Assembly (NCBI GenBank): GCA_946965045.2
Contig: OX337232.1
Coordinates: 1,116,001 to 1,180,000 of the forward strand
Origin: Epithemia pelagica
Lineage: Eukaryota > Protista > Bacillariophyta
DNA length: 64,000 nt
Direction: 5' to 3'
The first letter of the stretch is position 1; every line of letters begins with the position of its first letter. The translations under genes were made by a program, and so were the position numbers. Below are positions 57,407 through 64,000 of the stretch, one piece after another. Below the pieces are notes generated by a model. That model made no database searches. It was not told the origin of the DNA and worked only from the letters and a program-made list of their open reading frames with translations.

Positions 57407-59277
57407 CTAGTAGCATGCATATGGATCATTGTCTCTAAGCAGTAACTGTTCGATCATCGTCGCTTCGAAAATCGCAGAATACTGCGGGGTAATACCGGAT
57501 ATGTTCTCCATAGACTTTGTGAGCTCGTTCTTGTCGTTCGTCAAAATCGGCATGAATTCCATCTTGCGACAAGACTCCGTTGGAGAGATGAAGATTGTTA
57601 CAACCTCATCAAGAATCTTTAGGCGAGGGTGAGACTTCCCCATACTCTTCTTCATGTCTTGAATAGCGTTCTTCAGATGCACCGCGTACATTGTATGCGA
57701 TGGCTTGTCCCCAGAGTGACCATTTGCGGTAACTGTCATCTGGAGACCTACTAGCAGCGAGCTTGCTTCGATCTCCTTCTTCTTATTATTATTATCATCG
57801 CCTTCAGCACAAAAAAAGGTCGAAGCAGGACAGAGAAGAAAAGAGTCATAGGTTGGAAAGTCTGTGGTAATGGGATGGAAGTAAATGTCCATTGGTTCTT
57901 CTGTGGCTTCAAGGCCAATGATCTCAAGCGAATGGCCGGGAAAGCTAACAATCGAAGCCCTTGAAAACTCGAGAGATACCTTCGCCTTAGCTCTTATGAT
58001 TCCCTTCTTTAGACTTGGCGGGTGGCAACCAAGCAGTGTGATGTTCTTGGTAATGAAGGCATATTGACTGAGTCGTTTGTGCACTTCTTGCTCGAAAAGA
58101 GATCCGTAAGCGTCTTGATGGTTTTCCTCGATACTTAAGGCGGCAACAACAGTTGAAAGAGCTTTCGAACCATGTTGGATCACATTTTCCATCAGTTGCT
58201 CCCCCATGTAGAAGGATGCAAAGTGGATTCGATACGTGTCATCAACTGGTGTATGATGGAAGAGCAATGACTTTGCCTTTGTCATCTCTTCTTGCCCAAT
58301 AACTTGCTGTTCAGCTAGGATCTGAATGGATTTGACCGTCGAATTTGGGAGTGGTTCCATTTCGATATTGTCCTTCGAAATTTGTTTCTGTCGGAGCTTG
58401 TTCGCGAATACAAGTGCTGAACGAGCTGAACCACCATATCGACGAAATCCTTCCATCACATAATCCGCATCAAGAGAGCGAACATCGGGCCAGATTAAAC
58501 CAAGCTTCAGAGCGTACAGGAGTTCTTCGCCGCGCCATAAATCTGCGGATCGAATGTATGCGCTTTCTTCCAACAATGTCTTTCGTAGGACAGCAAAGAA
58601 TTCTGTTTGTCCAGCGGATACAGTGTAGATCTCGCGTCTCTCGTCGCCTGGATCGCGAATGATGAGTGCAGAACCGCATCTCCGCCATTGCCTCAAGCAT
58701 TCATGGAAATCGAACATTTCTTCTTCCAGTACCTTGTACCAGAACTCATTGCCATTAGGTTGTTTCCCTTTGATCAACCGTAAGTCAGCATCCAGCTGCA
58801 GATATTCACCAGACTTCCGCTGCAACTCTGTTGGACTCTTCTTGCTGAAAGCCCAGACACGCGTATTGTAGTAAAGAACCACAAATTCTCCGCGATCAAA
58901 GTACGTGCGGGCTGCATAGAGGGCAAAAAATGTCTTTCCAATCCCCGCTGTGCCGGTAACAACCGACCTTTGCTGCACTCCAAAATCATGCGAGTCAAAT
59001 CGTCTATCCAAAAAACCAACCAGCCTTTCATAGCAAGATCTCTCAATTAAATATTTGCTCTCTTCTTCCCTTTCCCATGAGGCTCATCAAGAATGATATA
59101 CTGCCTGAAAGGACAGTCATCATGGGGAATGGTGATTGGAGGGGCAAACAGCGCGTTGTGGAGAAACGTCGGGAATACTTGACTTGCTGCTAGCTCCTCG
59201 ATCTGCCTCTCGTCTGCTGAAACTTGCAAAGGCTCAACACCATGTAAATAATCGTAAATGAATTTCCTCTTCTTCAT
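57407..59277 (-). CDS. Crinkler/RHS-like (CR) P-loop NTPase + restriction-endonuclease-fold protein; frameshift about 59065
   Basis: YLIERSCYERL...VVTGTAGIGKTFF, YGGSAR, GSLFEQEVH, YFHPITTDFPTYDSF...LQMTV...H; the N-terminal 59047..59277 ORF is in another frame. Confidence 0.8.
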
Positions 59278-59323
59278 AGTGCTTCGCGTCGTGTTGTGTT
59301 GTTTACAAGAACAAAATGGCCCC

Positions 59324-59658
59324 TTTTGGCTTTCGTTCTGGATTTTGCACTTGTCCCACTACGGTCGCAACTCTTGTTTGGATTTTGTTGGACGGCTTTT
59401 TCACTGCTTCGTTCGGACCGATCGTTCGAGAGATCGAGAGAGAGAGGAACTGAGGAGGGATGTGTAATACGGAATATGGTCGTCGTCGTCCCTTGGTTCT
59501 TCCCCATTCCCCAAGAGAAAAGATTGTTCCAAAAATCGAATTTGGGGCAGTGTCACGCTTTTTTTTACGCTCCAGCATTCGAATCCTTTCGAAACAAGCT
59601 TGATCAGTGTACTCCTTCAGTGTATATTTGCGGCAATACGGATGGAGGGACAGACCAA
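59324..59658. repeat. Intergenic block, copy 2 (upstream of the CR NTPase-REase gene)
   Basis: Direct repeat of 56927-57258, offset about 2400 bp. Confidence 0.9.
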
Positions 59659-60016
59659 GCGCTTTGGTACACGTGGATGCTTCGAGCGAGCCGCTTTTCT
59701 TCATCAGCCAGCCGCGCAGTCGCGCTTTTTGGAATTTATTGATGAAATAAAAAAAATGGAAGGATTCTTGAGTGTTGACATACTGAGATCGACAGAAGAG
59801 AACAGAATCCTCCATCATCGTAGCCGAAGAGTTGGTGATGAGACCTGCACTTCCACCAGCTCTTCCAGTCGCGATGTAAATTCTTCAACGCGCGATAAGA
59901 TTCGGTTACGGTTCTCAAAACTGAAAAAGCTTAGCACACCAACGACTCTTTGAGCGGACACAAATCGACGACAACAACAGAAACTCAATCCACGACAACG
60001 CCACTCCTTCCAAACC

Positions 60017-60623
60017 ATGTCGGCGGCCGTAGCAGATAGCCAGCGGGACACACTACGATGCATGTGCTGCGCCTTTTGTTGCTGTTACGAAGCATGGTAA
60101 GTTCTACCAGGATGAACTGAAGAAGCCAGGAGGACCCTAAATTGTCTCTCATTTGCATCCCTGCTAATGGCTCTTTCACAGTGACTGGAACAATCCCATC
60201 CTCTTATACAAGTGTGCATGCGATTGTCTTTGCCTTCGTGAATCTTGTTGTTTGGCGGTAAACACAAGACACAAGGGCTTGGGCTGCACCGCTGACAGGG
60301 ACCGCGGAGAATGTTGCAAGCTGGGTCTTTTCTGCTGGGATATCGGTCTGGTGGTGCCCCAAACCCTTTGCGCTTGTGCTGGTCAATGCCTTTGCTGCTA
60401 CAGTGTTGCTAGTTTGCCCTGCAGCGACGAATATATCAAGGCACCCGTGTGCACCTTGTTCGTTCCCGGCTTGCAGGTTTGTCCGCAGTGTGGGTGCTGC
60501 GCGGCGCCTCCACCCTGTCCTGCCATGGATAAGATTTTGCATGCCGATGATTTGCCGCAAGTTACCGGGCCTCCGCCCGTTGCTGCCAATTCGATGAACC
60601 GCGAGAATGCCGTGGCGGAATAG
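60017..60623 (+). CDS. Cysteine-rich small protein (173 aa, 29 Cys); intron 60097-60181
   Basis: GTAAGT...TTTCACAG splice joins CMCCAFCCCYEA|CDWNN...CACDCLCLRESCC...CPQCGCCAAPPPCP in frame. Confidence 0.8.
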
Positions 60624-61143
60624 ATACATATCTACGAGTGAACGAAATACGACAACCAATACGACACGTTTGGTCTTCAGTGGTCATACATCGGATATAT
60701 CAGTTGATATAAGTTTTATTCTGTACGGGTTACTTCTCTCTAGATAGGAAGAGAATTTACTCCTACGAGTACTTCCTCGTCGACTCCTCTCCAATGAAAA
60801 AGTCGAGGACTGCTGTCGTGTTCCTATGGAAGCATTATTCATGTTCACAAATTCACCCCATTTTCGACGATAGGAGGCGTACAAGACGAATTCACGACAT
60901 TCGACTGAGGGCTTGCTCGGTATTATACCGTCACTCGTGGAACCCAACGTCCCCACGGTCATTCGACGATTCTCGAGAATGGGATAGGATCCACTTTGTT
61001 GGGAATGTTCTTGTTGGTGGGAAAGGAATATGCCGGACCGTCTGGTTCCAAGGTATCTACCACTTGGGTCTCTTTGTTTCTTTCTTTCGTTCGTTCCGCA
61101 TCCAATCCGACACGAGCCGTCGTATTACAACAACTCTACTCGA

Positions 61144-62271
61144 CTAGACTGTTTCCAGTTCTCCGACCCAAATGTGTTGATCTTGTCCACCAGATGCCAC
61201 AACCGTGGCTTCCTGGGGATGAAAGGTGACGGTATGAACGGTCCCTTTATGACCGGGTAAATCGTACAGTTCTTGACCGGACGAGACAACGTCCCAAATG
61301 TGAACGCGTCCATCGGCCGACCCCGCCGAAACCAAATCGCCCGTACTGGACCAGGCACATTTCAGCAGACCCTTGTCGGGACCATGCACATGTCCTCGTA
61401 CTGGTGAAAGAGCTGCTTGTCGTTGATGGGGTGTCGGACAAAAGGGCTGAATATCCCACAGACGACAGGTCGAATCCATGGCATTGGACAGGACATGAGT
61501 ACCTTCGGGATGAACGGCCAAACACGTGACGGGATCGACGTGACCCGTCAAGCCGTAGAGTTTGCGTTCGGGAACCTTCCAATCCCAACAGACAATGGTA
61601 GGATCAATACCCGCCGTAAACAAGTGACCCACATCCTGTTTGTCATTGTAGGTGACGGCCAAGAGTGCGTAGGGACTCGCCTGCGACCATACTTGAGCGG
61701 CACGTTTGGTACGACCGTCCCAGACACAAACGTCTCCACCATCATTGACAGAGACTGCTAGATGAATCGAAACTCGGGTACAAGCATTGACCATAGAACT
61801 GTCTTGCCATTTTCGTATGCGTTGCCCCGTACCGGCATCCCACAATTGAACCGTCTTGTCACTACTGCACGACACAATTGTCTCATTTGTCATCCAGTGA
61901 CAATCCACAACCGCATTCTTGTGACCCCGCAAAACATTGAAATTGGTATAGGACGATGTCGACGAAGAAGAAGCAACATTCTCACGCGACATGCGAGGTA
62001 GATTGGCATCCTCCTCCTCTTCTCCTTCGGAATACACATCGTCGTCGTCTCGGTGACTCCACAACAAGAGTGTCTTATCAAAGGAAGCACTGCACAAGGT
62101 ACTTCCATTGGGAGAATATTCCAACGCATAGACTGATCCAGTATGGCCCGTCAATTGCATGGTTGGACTGGGCAAGGACGACGAACGAAGATAGGAAGAA
62201 GTGGTAGGACGAATCACCATGGCCAAGGAATCTTCTCCTCGAGGACGTTTCTTACTACTGGAAGTATTCAT
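61144..62271 (-). CDS. SNRNP40: U5 snRNP 40-kDa WD40 protein
   Basis: RSSSLPSPTMQLTGHTGSVY...SASFDKTLLLW...YTNFNVLRGHKNAV; LYDLPGHKGTV; start probably MNTSSSKKRP at 62271. Confidence 0.85.
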   Translation of the reverse strand: MNTSSSKKRPRGEDSLAMVIRPTTSSYLRSSSLPSPTMQLTGHTGSVYALEYSPNGSTLCSASFDKTLLLWSHRDDDDVYSEGEEEEDANLPRMSRENVASSSSTSSYTNFNVLRGHKNAVVDCHWMTNETIVSCSSDKTVQLWDAGTGQRIRKWQDSSMVNACTRVSIHLAVSVNDGGDVCVWDGRTKRAAQVWSQASPYALLAVTYNDKQDVGHLFTAGIDPTIVCWDWKVPERKLYGLTGHVDPVTCLAVHPEGTHVLSNAMDSTCRLWDIQPFCPTPHQRQAALSPVRGHVHGPDKGLLKCAWSSTGDLVSAGSADGRVHIWDVVSSGQELYDLPGHKGTVHTVTFHPQEATVVASGGQDQHIWVGELETV

Positions 62272-62679
62272 TGGGAAAGCAGTAGTTGAAGGATCTGAGG
62301 ATCGTATGAGGGAGCACCGTTCCTGTAGTGTTGTTCTTGTCGCGATTATGCGGCGTAGGCCATGGCGGCGAAAGGAATCGACAACCGTCTGTCTGTCTAT
62401 CAGGCTAGCTGCTCTACACCTATCTTCCGCCTTTCCTCTAGCGCTAGTTTTCCTCAACAAATCTCCCTGTAGACAGATTTGACGTTTGACGATGTCATTT
62501 TCGTCCCCACGCGACGCGAATAAGTTTCCCTTATCAGATGAAGACAATAGGGTTTATGTCAGCACCCTTATCGACGACGAGAAGGTTGTCGAACACGTTC
62601 TCTGCCTGGCCAAGAACGAAGATGACCCTGTTGTTTTTCACTACTGTCGAGTAACGAAAAAGAGCTCTTTTGCAAAATT

Positions 62680-63083
62680 GTGTGTTTCTAGATTATCGTG
62701 TGCAAGCTATGAATCGCTCCTGCTCATGCGTTGAGCGTTGACTCGTAGATTGGTGCGTTGATCGACCAAATTGGCGGTCCCAATTGTTTATGGACGACCT
62801 TGCTGCCTCTTCTGAGATTCGTGGCTCCCTAAGTGGCGTCCGCTTACTTAGGAGCCAGTACCGTTATTGCTCTGGCCATGGGAGTCGTTGTTTAGAGCGG
62901 CATGAGTGTTACATAGCCGTCGTCCAAAACCCATGTTGAGATGCGTCGTCCGTCTTTGTTGATTTGTGATTTGTGAGAGGCGGCGGTTCAATGATGCGTT
63001 GGGCGTGTTGTGTCATGGGAATTCTGTCTCTGTCCCCATTGTTCCCCACGTGTAGTTATGCCCTTGCGTACAGTATTTGAACA
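62680..63083 (-). repeat. Putative 3' LTR of the Copia element (far end approximate)
   Basis: Short PPT GAGGGAG immediately followed by TGTTCAA at 63083 on the minus strand; the 5' LTR is outside the window. Confidence 0.5.
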
Positions 63084-63119
63084 CTCCCTCACAGAGCGGT
63101 ATTGTCAGGACTACCAGGA

Positions 63120-64000
63120 CTACCAGCCCATGATAGATTTGCGATGTCGCTCGAAAGTATCCTTGTCCAAGGCTTTGGTGAAGATGTCGGCAGTTTGTAG
63201 CTCAGTATCACATGGCAATATTGTGATCAGTTTCTGTTCCACATATTCCTTGAAGTGGAAGAGTTTTGTACACAGATAGCGTGTTCGAGGACGATATTTG
63301 TGAACGGTTGCTAATTCGAACGCTCCATTGTTGTCCTCAAACGCTCGGCAATGCACTCTTGGTTGCGTCGATATGACCTTGTATCCCCGCGTTTTCATTT
63401 CCTTGGTGATATGCATCAGTGGGATAACCGTCCGTAGTGACGTCGACAGACTAATGATCTCGGCCTCGGTTGTGGAAAGAGCAATCTCAGTCTGTAATTT
63501 AGAAGCCCACACAATAGGGCAGCCCCCGTAGAAGATGATATAGCCGGTACGAGATCGTGCCATATCCGTCCTGGGCGTATCAGTTTTGTTGAAGTTCCCA
63601 CAAAAATCCGCATCGGCATAGACATCGAAGTTGGCATCTTCTTGTGGATTCAGTAGTATGCCGCGAGTACGGGTCGACGCAAGATAGCGTCCGATTTGCT
63701 TGACTGCTCTTCCGTGTATTTGCTTTGGATTTGCTGCAAATCTCGCGCATTGGTGCACAGCATACGAAATGTCCGGTCGTGTACTCTTCTCGAGGAAGTT
63801 CAACTTCCCAATCACAGAGCGATAATGGAAGTGTCCGTCGAATGGGTCACCGTCGTCGTCTGAGCGCATCTTTACTGTACTTGCTGCTGGTATGTCTTTT
63901 CCTTGGGCGTCCTCCGGCAATCGTAAGTCATCGAGAATCGAATCAATTAGTCGTGTCTGGGATAGATGCATCTGACCCGATTCCTGTTTTGTGATATGGA
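63120..64000 (-). mobile_element. Ty1/Copia (CoDi-like) retrotransposon, RT C-terminus + RNase H; continues beyond the window
   Basis: YRSVIGKLNFL...TRPDISYAVHQCARF, YADADF, SRTGY, WASKLQTEIALSTTEAE, EDNNGA, QTADIFTK. Confidence 0.95.

Noticed and set aside
62271-62547. Extended N-terminus of the WD40 ORF
   Set aside because: Sequence upstream of MNTSSSKKRP is not protein-like; homology starts after 62271.
1-64000. tRNA, rRNA or snoRNA genes
   Set aside because: No cloverleaf, rRNA or box motifs recognised by eye; a covariance-model scan would be needed to exclude them.

Overview
Eukaryotic nuclear DNA, most likely from a pennate diatom. The evidence is short GT-AG introns, bipartite signal + ASAFAP-type plastid leaders, a CoDi-like Copia element and one 200-N scaffold gap. 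Intact housekeeping genes are ALDH21-like, NCKX, a peroxisomal-type SLC25 carrier, plastid EttA, two ABC1 kinases, NAF1 and SNRNP40. They are interleaved with accessory genes that nearly all carry a single stop or frameshift. Main observations: (1) three times, an accessory gene (metallophosphoesterase, Uma2-like nuclease, Crinkler-like NTPase-REase) sits between two diverged direct copies of the neighbouring host gene's upstream region, as if insertion duplicated the promoter; (2) a ~19 kb mobile island (about 35-54 kb) holds a CryptonF-like and a CryptonS-like tyrosine recombinase, orphan ORFs, candidate recombinase half-sites, an 86-bp-TIR element and an intronless triple-TIR protein with all three catalytic glutamates; (3) a 569-bp tandem array is built from nested palindromes. 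All calls are by eye, with no database searches.
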